Shown one piece after another: positions 15,001 to 30,000 of a stretch of 64,000 nt of DNA (position 1 is the stretch's first letter; each line of letters opens with the position of its first letter). This DNA is from Mobula hypostoma. Lineage: Eukaryota. Under the pieces are notes generated by a model. It did not search any database and was not told the DNA's origin. It worked only from the letters and a program-made list of their open reading frames with translations. The position numbers were made by a program, and so were the translations under genes. The stretch covers positions 101,310,001 through 101,374,000 of the forward strand of contig NC_086097.1 in assembly GCF_963921235.1 (NCBI RefSeq), written 5' to 3'.

Positions 15001-18000
15001 TCCCGGGGGAGATGGGTGACTGGGATGTGATGTTCCAGAGGAGATGCGTGACTGGGATGTGATTCCCCAGGGGAGATGGGTGACTGGGATGTGATGTTGC
15101 AGGGGAGATGTGTGACTGGAATGTGATGTCCCGGAGGTGATGTGTAAGTGGGATGTGATGTCCCGGGGCAGAAGGGTGACTGAGATGTGATGCCCTGTGG
15201 AGATCTTTGACTTGGATGTGATGTCCCCAGGGAAATGTGTGACTGGGATGTGATTCCTCTGGGGAGATATGTGACGGAATGCGATGTCTCAAGGGAGATG
15301 TGTGACTGGGATGTGATGTCCCAGGGGAGATATGTGACTGGGATGTGATGTCCCCGGGGAGAAGTGTGACTGGGATGTGATATCCCGGGGGAGATGTGTG
15401 ACTGGGATGTGATTTCCCAGGGGAGATGGGTGACTGGGATGTGAAACCCCGGGGGAGATGCGTGACTGGGATGTGATTTCCCAGGGGAGATGTGTGACTG
15501 GGATGTGATTCTCCAGGGGAGATGGGTGACTGGGATGTGATGTCCCAGGGGAGATGGGTGACTGGGATGTGATGTCCCAGGGGAGATGTGTGACTGGAAT
15601 GTGATGTCCCGGAGGTGATGTGTGACTGGGATGTGATGTCCCGGAGCAGATGTGTGACTGGGATGTGATGCCCCAGGGGAGATCTGTGACCGGGATGTGA
15701 TGTCCCAGGGGAGATGTGTGACTGGGATGTGATTCCCAGGGGAGATGTGTGACTGGGATGTGATATCCCGGGGGAGATGGGTGACTGGGATGTGATGTCC
15801 CAGGGGAGATGTGTGACTGGGATGTGATGTCCCAGGGGAGATGTGTGACTGGGATGTGATATCCCGGGGGAGATGGGTGACTGGGATGTGATATCCCAGG
15901 GGAGATGGGTGACTGGTATGTGATGTCCCAGGGGAGATGGGTGACTGGGATTTGATTCCCCAGGGGAGATGTGTGATAGGGATGTGATGTCCCGGGTGAG
16001 ATGTGTGACTGGGATGTGGTGTCCCAGGGGAGATGGGGACTGACATGTTATTTCCCAGGGGAGATGTGTGACTGGGATGTGATTCCCAGGGGAGATGGAT
16101 GACTGGGATGTGATTCCACAGGGGAGGTGTGTGATGGGGATGTGATTCCTCAGGGGAGATGGGTGACTGGGATGTGATTCCCCAGGGGAGATGTGTGACT
16201 GGGATGTGATGTCGCTGGGGAGATCTGTGACTGGGATCTGATGTCCCGTGAGAGATGGGTGACTGAGATGTGATGGCCCAGGTGAGATGTGTGACTGGGA
16301 TGTGATGTCCCAGGGGAGATGTTTGACTGGGATGTGATTCCCCAGGGGAGATGTGTGACTGGGATGTGATGTCCCAGGGGAGATGGGTGACTGGGATGTG
16401 ATGTCCCAGGGGAGATGTGTGACTGGGATGTGATTCCCCAGGGGAGATGGGTGACTGGGATGTGATTCCCCAGGGGAGATGTGCGACTGGGATGTGATGT
16501 CCCGGGGGAGATGGGTGACTGGGATGTCATATTCCAGAGGAGATGCTTGACTGGGATGTGATTCCCCAGGGGAGATGGGTGAATGGGATGTGATGTTCCA
16601 GGGAAGATGGTGACTGAGGTGTGATTCCCCAGGGGAGATGTGCGACTGGGATGTGATGTCCCGGGGGAGATGGGTGACTGGGATGTGATGTCCCGGGGGA
16701 GATGGGTGACTGGGATGTGATATTCCAGGGGAGATGTGTGACTGGAATGTGATGTCCCGGAGGTGATGTGTGACTGGGATGTGATGTCCCGGGGGAGATG
16801 GGTGACTGGAATGTGATTCCCCAGGGGAGATGTGTGACTGGGATGTGATGTCCCAGGGGAGATGTTTGACTGGGATGTGATATCCCAGGGGAGATGGGTG
16901 ATTGGGATGTGATTCCCCAGGGGAGATGTGCGACTGGGATGTGATGTCCCGGGGGAGATGGGTGACTGGGATGTCATGTTCCAGAGGAGATGCGTGACTG
17001 GGATGTGATTCCCCAGGGGAGATGGGTGACTGGGATGTGATGTTCCAGGGGAGATGTGTGACTGGAATGTGATGTCCCAGGGGAGATGTGTGACTGGGAT
17101 GTGATGTCCCGGGGGAGATGGGTGACTGGAATGTGATTCCCCAGGGGAGCTGTGTGACTGAGATGTGATTTCCGGGATGTGATCCCAGGGAGATGGGTGA
17201 CTGGGATGTGATTTCCCTGGGGAGCTGTGCGACTGGGATGTGATGTCCCGAGGGAGATGGGTGACTGGGATGTCATATACCAGAGGAGATGCGTGACTGG
17301 GATGTGATTCCCCAGGGGAGATGGGTGACTGGGATGTGATATTCCAGGTGAGATGGTGACTGAGATATAATTTCCCTGGGAAGATGTGTGACTGGGATGT
17401 GATTCCCCAGGGGAGATGTGAGACTGGGATGTTATGTCCCGGGGGAGATGGGTGACTGGGATGTCATATTCCAGAGGAGATGCTTGACTGGGATGTGATT
17501 CCCCAGGGGAGATGGGTGACTGGGATGTGATGTTCCAGGTGAGATGGTGACTGAGATGTGATTTCCCTGGGGAGATGTGCGACTGGGATGTGATGTCCCA
17601 GGGGAGATGGGTGACTGGGATGTCATATACCAGAGGAATTGCGTGACTGGGATGTGATTCCCCAGGGGAGATGGGTGAATGGGATGTGATGTTCCAGGGA
17701 AGATGGTGACTGAGGTGTGATTTCTCTGTGGAGATGTGTGACTGGGATGTGATTCCCCAGGGGAGATGTGCGACTGGGATGTGATGTCCCGGGGGAGATG
17801 GGTGACTGGGATGTCACATTCCAGAGGAGATGCGTGACTGGGATGTGATTCCCCAGGGGAGATGGGTAACTGGGATGTGATGTTCCAGGGGAGATGGGTG
17901 ACTGGGATGTGATATTCCAGGGGAGATGTGTGACTGGAATGTGATGTCCCGGAGGTGATGTGTGACTGGGATGTGATGTCCCGGGGGAGATGGGTGACTG

Positions 18001-21000
18001 GAATGTGATTTCCCAGGGGAGATGTGTGACTGGGATGTGATGTCCCAGGGGAGATGTTTGACTGGGATGTGATATCCCAGGGGAGATGGGTGATTGGGAT
18101 GTGATTCCCCAGGGGAGATGTGCGACTGGGATGTGATGTCCCGGGGGAGATGGGTGACTGGGATGTCATGTTCCAGAGGAGATGCGTGACTGGGATGTGA
18201 TTCCCCAGGGGAGATGGGTGACTGGGATGTGATGTTCCAGGGGAGATGTGTGACTGGAATGTGATGTCCCAGAGGTGATGTGTCACTGCGATGTGATGTC
18301 CCGGGGGAGATGGGTGACTGGAATGTGATTCCCCAGGGGAGATGTGTGACTGAGATGTGATTTCCCTGGGGAGATGTGCGACTGGGATGTGATGTCCCGG
18401 GGGAGATGGGTGACTGGGATGTCATATACCAGAGGAGATGCGTGACTGGGATGTGAATCCCCAGGGGAGATGGGTGACTGGGATGTGATGTTCCAGGGGA
18501 GATGGTGACTGAGATATAATTTCCCTGGGGAGATGTGTGACTGGGATGTGATTCCCCAGGGGAGATGTGAGACTGGGATGTGATGTCCCGGGGGAGATGG
18601 GTGACTGGGATGTCATATTCCAGAGGAGATGCTTGACTGGGATGTGATTCCCCAGGGGAGATGGGTGACTTGGATGTGATGTTCCAGGGGAGATGGTGAC
18701 TGAGATGTGATTGCCTGGGGAGATGTGCGACTGGGATGTGATGTCCCGGGGGAGATGGGTGACTGGGATGTGATTCCCCAGGGGAGATGGGTGAATGGGA
18801 TGTGATGTTCCAGGGGAGATGGTGACTGAGATGTGATATCTCTGGGGAGATGTGTGACTGGGATGTGATTCCCCAGGGGAGATGTGCGACTGGGATGTGA
18901 TGTCCCGGGGGAGATGGGTGACTGGGATGTCATATACCAGAGGAGAAGCGTGACTGGGATGTGATTCCCCAGGGGAGATGGGTGACTGGGATGTGATGTT
19001 CCAGGGGAGATGGTGACTGAGATGTGATTTCCCTGGGGAGATGTGTGACTGGGATGTGATTCCCCAGGGGAGATGTGCGACTGGGATGTGATGTCCCGGG
19101 GGAGATGGGTGACTGGGATGTCATATTCCAGAGGAGATGCTTGACTGGGATGTGATTCCCCAGGGGAGATGGGTGACTGGGATGTGATGTTCCAGGTGAG
19201 ATGGTGACTGAGATGTGATTTCCCTGGGGAGATGTGCGACTGGGATGTGATGTCCCAGGGGAGATGGGTGACTGGGATGTCATATACCAGAGGAATTGCG
19301 TGACTGGGATGTGATTCCCCAGGGGAGATGGGTGAATGGGATGTGATGTTCCAGGGGAGATGGGTGACTGGTATGTGATGTCCCAGGGGAGATGAGTGAC
19401 TGGGATGTGATGTCCCAGGGGAGATGAGTGACTGGGATTTGATTCTCCAGGGGAGATGTGCGACTGGGATGTGATGGCCGGGGAGAGATGGGTGATTGGA
19501 ATGTGATATTCTGGGGAGATGCGTGACTGGGATGTGATTCCCCATGTGAGATGGGTGACTGGGATGTGATGTTCCAGGGGAGATGTGTGACTGAAATGTG
19601 ATGTCCCGGAGGTGATGTGTGACGGGGATGTGATGTTCCAGGGGAGATGGTGACTGAGATGTGATTTCCCTGGAGAGATGTGTGACTGGGATGTGATTCC
19701 CTAGGGGACATGTGTGACTGGGATGTGATGTCCCGGGGGAGATGGATGACTGGGATGTGATTCCCAAGGGCATGTGTGTGATGGGGATGTGATTTCCCTG
19801 GAGAGATGTGTGACTGGGATGTGATTCCCCAGGGGAGATGGGTGACTGGGATGTGATACCGCAGTGGAGATGGGTGACTGGGATGTGGTGTCCCAGAGGC
19901 GATGGGAGACTAGGATGTGATGTCCCGGAGGAGCTAGGTGATTGGGATGTGATGCCCCAGGGGAGACGTGTGACTGGGATGTGATGTCCCAGAGGAGATG
20001 GGTGACTGGGATGTGATGACCCAGGGGAGATGGGTGACTGGGATGTGATGTCCCAGGGGAGATGGGAGACTGGGATGTGAGTTCCCAGGGGAGATGGGAG
20101 ACTGGGATGTGAGTCCCCAGGGGAGATGGGAGACTGGGATGTGATGTCGCTGGGGAGATCTCTGACTGGGATCTGATGTCCCGGGACAGATGGGTGACTG
20201 AGGTGTGATGGCCCAGGTGAGATGTTTGGCTGGGATGTGATATCCCGGGGGAGATGGATGACTGGGATGTGATCTCCCAGGAGAGATGGGTGACTGGGAT
20301 GTGATGTTCCAGGGGAGATGTGTGACTGGGATGTTATTCCCCAGGGGAGATTGGTGACTGGGATGTGATATCCCAGGGGAGATGGGTGATTGGGATGTGA
20401 TTCCCCAGGGGAGATGTGCGACTGGGATGTGATGTCCCGGGGGAGATGGGTGACTGGGATGTCATATACCAGAGGAGATGCGTGACTGGGATGTGATTCC
20501 CCAGGGGAGATGGGTGACTGGGATGTGATGTTCCAGGGGAGGTGGTGACTGAGATGTGATTTCCCTGGGGAGATGTGCGACTGGGATGTGATGTCCCGGG
20601 GGAAATGGGTGATTGGGATGTCATATACCAGAGGAGATGCGTGACTGGGATGTGATTCCCCAGGGGAGATGGATGACTGGGATGTGATTCCACAGGGGTG
20701 ATGGGTGACTGGGATGTGACGTTCCAGGTGTGGTGTGTGCTGGGATGTGATGTCCCAGGAGAGATGGGTGACTGGAATGTGAGTCCCCAGGTGAGATGGG
20801 AGACTGGGATGTGATGTCGTTGGGGAGATCTCTGACTGGGATCTGATATCCCGGGGGAGATGGATAACTGGGATGTAATTCCCCAGCGGAGATGTGTTAC
20901 TGGGATGTGATGTCCCATGGGAGAATGGTGAGTGGGATGTGATGTTCCAGGGCAGATGTGTGACTGGGATGTGATTCCCCAGGGGAGATGGCTGACTGGG

Positions 21001-24000
21001 ATGTGATGTTGCAGGGGAGATGTGTGACTGGAATGAGATGTCCCGGAGGTGATGTGTGAGTGGGATGTGATGTCCCGGGGGAGATGGGTGACTGGGATGT
21101 GAAGTCCCTGTGGAGATCCCTGACTTGGATGTGATGTCCCCGGGTAGATGTGTGACTGGGATTTGATTCCCTGGTGAGATATGTGACGGAATGCGATGTC
21201 CCAGGGGAGATTTGTGACTGGGATATGACGTCCCAGGGGAAATGTGTGACTTGGATGTGATGTCCTGGGGGAGATGGATGACTGCGATGTGATTCCCCTG
21301 CGGAGATGTGTGACTGGGATGTTATGTCCAATGGGAGAACAGTGACTGGGATGTGATGTCCCCGGGGAGAGGTGTGACTAGGATGTGATCCCCCAGGGGA
21401 AATGTGCGACTGGGATGTGATGTCCCGGGGGAGATGGGTGACTGGGATGTGATGTTCCAGGGGAGATGTGTGACTGGAATGTGATGTCCCGGAGGTGATG
21501 TATGAGTGGGATGTGATGTCCCGGGGGAGATGGGTGACTGGGATGTGATATCCCTGTGGAGATCTCTGACTTGGATGTGATGTCCCCGGGCAGATATGTG
21601 ACTGGGATTTGATTCCCTGGGGAGATATGTGACGGAATTCGACCTCCCAGGGGAGATGTGTGACTTGGATGTGATGTCCTGGGGGAGATGGATGACTGGG
21701 ATGTGATTCCCCTGCGGAGATGTGTGACTGGGATGTGATGTCCAATGGGAGAAGGGTGACTGGGATGTGATGTCCCCGGGGAGATGTGTGACTAGGATGT
21801 GATACCCCCAGGGGAAATATGCGACTGGGATGTGATGTCCCGGGGGAGATGGGTGACTGGGATGTGATGTTCCAGGGGAGATGTGTGACTGGAATGTGAT
21901 GTCCCGGAGGTGATGTGTGAGTGGGATGTGATGTCGCGGGAGAGGTGTGTGACTGGGATGTGATGTCCCAGGGGAGAAGAGTGACTGGGATGCGATGTCC
22001 CGAGGGGAGATGGGTGACTGGGATGTGATACCCCAGGGGAGATGGGAGACTGGGATGTGATGTGACTGGGTAGATCTCTGACTGGGATGTGATGTCCCAG
22101 GGGAGATGGGTGACTGGGATGTGATATCTCAGGGAGATGTGTGTCTGGGATGTGATGTCCCAAAGAGATGGCTGACTGGGATGTGATTTTCCAGGGGAGA
22201 TGTGTGACTGGGATGCGATTTCCCAGCGGAGATGTGTGACTGGGATGTGATGTTCTAGGAGAGGTGTGTGACTGGGATGTGATGTCCCAGGGGAGATGGC
22301 TGACTGGTATGTGATGTCCCTGGGGAGATGGCTGACTGGGCTGTGATGTCCCAGGGGAGATGGGTGACGGGGATGTGATTCCCCAGGGGAGATGGGTGAC
22401 TGAGATGTGATGGCCCAGGGGAGATGTGTGACTGGGATGTGATTCCCCAGGGGAGATGGGTGACTGGGATGTGATGTTCCAGGGGAGATGTGTGACGGGG
22501 ATGTGATTCCCCAGGGGAGATGGGTGACTGAGATGTGATGGCCCAGGGGAGATGTGTGACTGGGATGTCATTCCCAGGGGAGATGTGTAATTGGGATGTG
22601 ATTTCCCGGGGGAGGTGGGTGACTGAGATACGATGTCCCAGGGGAGATGGGTGAGTGGGATGTGATACCCCAGGGGAGATGGGTGACTGGTATGTGATGT
22701 CCCAGGGGAGATGAGTGACTGGGATTTGATTCGCCAGGGGAGATGTGCGACTGGGATGTGATGGCCGGGGAGAGATGGGTGATTGGGATGTGGTGTTCCA
22801 GGGGAAATGCATGAATGGGATGTGATTCCCCAAGGGAGATGTCTGACTGGGACATGATGTCCCAGACATGATGTGTGACTGGGATGTGATATCCCAGGGG
22901 AGATGGGTGACTGAGATGTGATTTCCCTGGGGAGATGTGTGACTGGGATGTGATGTCCCAGGGGAGATGGGTGACTGGGATGTGATGCCCCAGGGGAGAT
23001 GTGTGACTGAGACGTGATGTCCCACGGAGATGTGTGACTGGGATGTGATTCCCCATGTGAGATGGGTGACTGGGATGTGATGTTCCAGGGGAGATGTGTG
23101 ATTGGAATGTGATGTCCCGGAGGTGAAGTGTGACTGGGATGTGATATCCCGGGGGAGATGGGTGACTGAGATGTGATTTCCCTGGGGAGATGTGTGACTG
23201 GGATGCGATGTCCCAGGGGAGATGTGTGATTGGGATGTGATGTCAAAGGGAAGATGTTTGACTGGGATGTGATATCCCATGGGAGATGGGTGAGTGGGAT
23301 GTGATACCCCAGGGGAGATGGATGACTGGGATGTGATTCCACAGGGGTGATGGGTGACTGGGATGTGACGTTCCAGGTGTGGTGTGTGCTGGGATGTGAT
23401 GTCCCAGGAGAGATGGGTGACTGGAATGTGAGTCCCCAGGTGAGATGGGAGACTGGGATGTGATGTCGTTGGGGAGATCTCTGACTGGGATCTGATATCC
23501 CGGGGGAGATGGATAACTGGGATGTAATTCCCCAGCGGAGATGTGTTACTGGGATGTGATGTCCCATGGGAGAATGGTGAGTGGGATGTGATGTCCCCGG
23601 GGAGATGTGTTACTGGGATGTGATTCCCCAGGGGAAATGTGCGACTGGGATGTGATGTTCCAGGGGAGATGCGTGACTGGGATGTGATTCCCCAGGGGAG
23701 ATGGCTGACTGGGATGTGATGTTGCAGGGGAGATGTGTGACTGGAATGTGATGTCCCGGAGGTGATGTGTAAGTGGGATGTGATGTCCCGGGGGAGATGG
23801 GTGACTGGGATGTGAAGTCCCTGTGGAGATCCCTGACTTGGATGTGATGTCCCCGGGTAGATGTGTGACTGGGATTTGATTCCCTGGTGAGATATGTGAC
23901 GGAATGCGATGTCCCAGGGGAGATTTGTGACTGGGATATGACGTCCCAGGGGAGATGTGTGACTTGGATGTGATGTCCTGGGGGAGATGGATGACTGCGA

Positions 24001-27000
24001 TGTGATTCCCCTGCGGAGATGTGTGACTGGGATGTTATGTCCAATGGGAGAAGGGTGACTGGGATGTGATGTCCCCGGGGAGAGGTGTGACTAGGATGTG
24101 ATCCCCCAGGGGAAATGTGCGACTGGGATGTGATGTCCCGGGGGAGATGGGTGACTGGGATGTGATGTTCCAGGGGAGATGTGTGACTGGAATGTGATGT
24201 CCCGGAGGTGATGTATGAGTGGGATGTGATGTCCAGGGGGAGATGGGTGACTGGGATGTGATATCCCTGTGGAGATCTCTGACTTGGATGTGATGTCCCC
24301 GGGCAGATATGTGACTGGGATTTGATTCCCTGGGGAGATATGTGACGGAATGCGACCTCCCAGGGGAGATGTGTGACTTGGATGTGATGTCCTGGGGGAG
24401 ATGGATGACTGGGATGTGATTCCCCTGCGGAGATGTGTGACTGGGATGTGATGTCCAATGGGAGAAGGGTGACTGGGATGTGATGTCCCCGGGGAGATGT
24501 GTGACTAGGATGTGATACCCCCAGGGGAAATATGCGACTGGGATGTGATGTCCCGGGGGAGATGGGTGACTGGGATGTGATGTTCCAGGGGAGATGTGTG
24601 ACTGGAATGTGATGTCCCGGAGGTGATGTGTGAGTGGGATGTGATGTCCCGGGAGAGGTGTGTGACTGGGATGTGATGTCCCAGGGGAGAAGAGTGACTG
24701 GGATGCGATGTCCCGAGGGGAGATGGGTGACTGGGATGCGATGTCCCGAGGGGAGATGGGTGACTGGGATGTGCTACCCCAGGGGAGATGGGAGACTGGG
24801 ATGTGATGTGACTGGGTAGATCTCTGACTGGGATGTGATGTCCCAGGGAGATGTGTGTCTGGGATGTGATGTCCCAAAGAGATGGCTGACTGGGATGTGA
24901 TTTTCCAGGGGAGATGTGTGACTGGGATGCGATTTCCCAGCGGAGATGTGTGACTGGGATGTGATGTCCAATGGGAGAAGGGTGACTGGTATGTGATGTC
25001 CCAGGGGAGATGGGTGAGTGGGATGTGATACCCCAGGGGAGATGGATGACTGGTATGTGATGTCCCAGGGGAGATGAGTGACTGGGATTTGATTCGCCAG
25101 GGGAGATGTGCGACTGGGATGTGATGGCCGGGGAGAGATGGGTGATTGGGATGTGGTGTTCCAGGGGAAATGCATGACTGGGATGTGATTCCCCAGGGGA
25201 GATGTCTGACTGGGACATGATGTCCCAGAGGTGATGTGTGACTGGGATGTGATATCCCGGGGGAGATGGGTGACTGAGATGTGATTTCCCTGGGGAGATG
25301 TGTGACTGGGATGTGATGTCCCGGAGGAGATGGGTGACTGGGATGTGATGCCCCAGGGGAGATGTGTGACTGAGATGTGATGTCCCAGGGGAGATGTGTG
25401 ACTGGGATGTGATTCCCCAGGGGAGATGGGTGACTGGTATGTGATATCCCATGGTAGATGAGTGACTGGGATTTGATTCCCCAGGGGAGATGTGCGACTG
25501 GAATGTGATGGCCGGTGGAGAGATGGGTGATTGGGATGTGATGTTCCAGGGGAAATGCATGAATGGGATGTGATTCCCCAAGGGAGATGTCTGACTGGGA
25601 CATGATGTCCCAGACATGATGTGTGACTGGGATGTGATATCCCGGGGGAGATGGGTGACTGAGATGTGATTTCCCTGGGGAGATGTGTGACTGGGATGTG
25701 ATGTCCCAGAGGAGATGGGTGACTGGGATCTGATGCCCCAGGGGAGATGTGTGACTGAGATATGATGTCCCAGGGGAGATGTGTGACTGGGATGTGATTC
25801 CCCAGGGGAGATGGGTGACTGGGATGTGATGTTCCAGGGGAGATGTGTGATTGGAATGTGATGTCCCGGAGGTGAAGTGTGGCTGGGATGTGATGTCCCG
25901 GGGGAGATGGATGACTGGGATGTGAATTCCCGGGGATGGTGGGTGACTGAGATGCGATGTCCCAGGGGAGATGTGTGATTGGGATGTGATGTCAAAGGGA
26001 AGATGTTTGACTGGGATGTGATATCCCATGGGAGATGGGTGAGTGGGATGTGATACCCCAGGGGAGATGGATGACTGGGATGTGATTCCACAGGGGTGAT
26101 GGGTGACTGGGATGTGACGTTCCAGGTGTGGTGTGTGCTGGGATGCGATGTCCCAGGAGAGATGGGTGACTGGAATGTGAGTCCCCAGGTGAGATGGGAG
26201 ACTGGGATGTGATGTCGCTGGGGAGATCTCTGACTGGGATCTGATATCCCGGGGGAGATGGATAACTGGGATGTAATTCCCCAGCGGAGATGTGTTACTG
26301 GGATGTGATGTCCCATGGGAGAATGGTGAGTGGGATGTGATGTCCCCGGGGAGATGTGTTACTGGGATGTGATTCCCCAGGGGAAATGTGTGACTGGGAT
26401 GTGATGTTCCAGGGCAGATGCGTGACTGGGATGTGATTCCCCAGGGGAGATGGCTGACTGGGATGTGATGTTGCAGGGGAGATGTGTGACTGGAATGAGA
26501 TGTCCCGGAGGTGATGTGTGAGTGGGATGTGATGTCCCGGGGGAGATGGGTGACTGGGATGTGAAGTCCCTGTGGAGATCCCTGACTTGGATGTGATGTC
26601 CCCGGGTAGATGTGTGACTGGGATTTGATTCCCTGGTGAGATATGTGACGGAATGCGATGTCCCAGGGGAGATTTGTGACTGGGATATGACGTCCCAGGG
26701 GAGATGTGTGACTTGGATGTGATGTCCTGGGGGAGATGGATGACTGCGATGTGATTCCCCTGCGGAGATGTGTGACTGGGATGTTATGTCCAATGGGAGA
26801 AGGGTGACTGGGATGTGATGTCCCCGGGGAGAGGTGTGACTAGGATGTGATCCCCCAGGGGAAATGTGCGACTGGGATGTGATGTCCCGGGGGAGATGGG
26901 TGACTGGGATGTGATGTTCCAGGGGAGATGTGTGACTGGAATGTGATGTCCCGGAGGTGATGTATGAGTGGGATGTGATGTCCCGGGGGAGATGGGTGAC

Positions 27001-30000
27001 TGGGATGTGATATCCCTGTGGAGATCTCTGACTTGGATGTGATGTCCCCGGGCAGATATGTGACTGGGATTTGATTCCCTGGGGAGATATGTGACGGAAT
27101 GCGACCTCCCAGGGGAGATGTGTGACTTGGATGTGATGTCCTGGGGGAGATGGATGACTGGGATGTGATTCCCCTGCGGAGATGTGTGACTGGGATGTGA
27201 TGTCCAATGGGAGAAGGGTGACTGGGATGTGATGTTCCAGGGGAGATGTGTGACTGGAATGTGATGTCCCGGAGGTGATGTGTGAGTGGGATGTGATGTC
27301 CCGGGAGAGGTGTGTGACTGGGATGTGATGTCCCAGGGGAGAAGAGTGACTGGGATGCGATGTCCCGAGGGGAGATGGGTGACTGGGATGTGATACCCCA
27401 GGGGAGATGGGAGACTGGGATGTGATGTGACTGGGTAGATCTCTGACTGGGATGTGATGTCCCAGGGGAGATGGGTGACTGGGATGTGATATCTCAGGGA
27501 GATGTGTGTCTGGGATGTGATGTCCCAAAGAGATGGCTGACTGGGATGTGATTTTCCAGGGGAGATGTGTGACTGGGATGCGATTTCCCAGCGGAGATGT
27601 GTGACTGGGATGTGATGTCCCAGGGGAGATGGGTGACTGGTATGTGATGTCCCTGTGGAGATGGCTGACTGGGATGTTATGTCCCAGGGGAGATGTGAGA
27701 CTGGGCTGTGATGTCCCAGGGGAGATGGGTGACGGGGATGTGATTCCCCAGGGGAGATGGGTGACTGAGATGTGATGGCCCAGGGGAGATGTGTGACTGG
27801 GATGTCATTCCCAGGGGAGATGTGTAATTGGGATGTGATTTCCCGGGGGAGGTGGGTGACTGAGATACGATGTCCCAGGGGAGATGGGTGAGTGGGATGT
27901 GATACCCCAGGGGAGATGGGTGACTGGTATGTGATGTCCCAGGGGAGATGAGTGACTGGGATTTGATTCCCCAGGGGTGATGTGCGACTGGGATGTGATA
28001 TCCCGGGGGAGATGTGTGACTGGGATGTGATGTTCCAGGGGAGATGGTGACTGAGATGTGATTTCCCTGGGGAGATGTGTGACTGGGATGTGATGTCCCA
28101 GAGGAGATGGGTGACTAGGATGTGATGTCCCGGGGGAGATGGGTGACTGGGATGTCATGTACCTGAGGAGATGGCTGACTGGTATGTTATGTCCCAGGGG
28201 AGATGTGTAACTGGGATGTGATGTCCGAGGGGAGATGGGTGACGGGGATGTGATTCCCCAGGGGAGATGGGTGACTGCAATGTGATGGCCCAGGGGAGAT
28301 GTGTGACTGGGATGTCACTCCCAAGGGAGATGTGTAATTGGGATGTGATTTCCCGGGGGAGGTGGGTGACTGAGATGCGATGTCCCAGGGGAGATGTGTG
28401 ATTGGGATGTGATGTCCCAGGGGAGATGTTTGACTGGGATTTGATTCCCCAGGGGAGATGTGCGACTGGGATGTGATGGCCGGGGACAGATGGGTGATTG
28501 GGATGTGATGTTCCAGGGGAGATGGTGACTGAGATGTGATTTCCCTGGGGAGATGTGTGACTGGGATGTGATGTCCCAGAGGAGATGGGTGAATAGGATG
28601 TGATGTCCCGGAGGAGATGGGTGACTGGGATGTGATGTCCCAGGGGAGATGTGTGACTGGGATGTGATGTCCCGGGGGAGATGGGAGACTGGGATGTGAT
28701 TCCCCAGGGGAGATGAGTGACTGGGATGTGATGTCCCATGGCAGATGGATGACTGGGATGTGATTTCCCAGGGGAGGAGTGTGATGGGGATGTGAGTCCC
28801 CAGGAGCGATGGGTGACTCGAATGTGACATTCCAGGTGTGGTGTATGCTGGGATGTGATGTCCCAGAGGAGATGGGTGACTGGGATGTCATGTCCCTGGG
28901 GAGATGGCTGACTGGTATGTTATGTCCCAGGGGAAATGAGTGACTGGGATGTGATCTCCCAGGGGAGATATGTAATTGGGATGTGATTTCCCGGGGAAGG
29001 TGGGTGACTGAGTTGCGATGTACCAGGGGAGATGTGTGACTGGGATGTGATGTCCCAGGGGAGATGTTTGACTGGGATGTGATATCCCGGGGGAGATGGG
29101 TAACTGGGATGTGATACCCCAGGGGAGATGGGTGACTGGTATGTGATGTCCCAGGGGAGATGGGTGACTGGGATGTGATTCCCCAGGGGAGAAGAGTGAC
29201 TGCGATGTGATGGCCCAGGGGAGATGTGTGATTGGGATGTCATTCCCAGGGGAGATGTGTAATTGGGATGTGATTTCCCGGGGAAGGTGGGTGACTGAGA
29301 TTCGATGTCCCAGGGGAGATGTGTGATTGGGATGTGATGTCCCAGGGAAGATATTTGACTGGGATGTGATATCCCATGCGAGATGGGTGAGTGGGATGTG
29401 GTACCCCAGGGGAGATGGGTGACTGGTATGTGATGTCCCAGGGGAGATGGGTGACTGGGATGTGATTCCCCAGGGGAGATGTGCGACTGGGATGTGATGT
29501 CCCGGGAGAGCTGGGTGATTGGGATGTGATGTTCCAGGGGAAATGCATGACTGGGATGTGATTCCCCAGGGGAGATGTCTGACTGGGACATGATGTCCCG
29601 GAGGTGATGTATGACTGCGATGTGATGTCCCGGAGGTGATGTGTGACTGGGATGTGATGTCCTGGGGGAGATGAGTGACTGGAATATAGTGTCCCAGGGG
29701 AGATGGGGACTGACATGTGATTTCCCAGGGGAGATGAGTGACTGGGATGTGATTCCCAGGGGAGATGTGTGACTGCGATGTGATGTCCCGGGGGAGATGG
29801 ATGACTGGGATGTGATTCCACAGGGGTGATGGGTGACTGGGATGTGACATTCCAGATGTGGTGTGTGCTGGGATGTGATGTCCCAGGGGAGATGGGTGAC
29901 TGGGATGTGAGTCCCCAGGTGAGATGGGAGACTGGGATGTGAAGTCCCTGGGAAGATCTCTGACTGGGATGTGATGCCCCGAGAGCGATGTGTGACTGAG

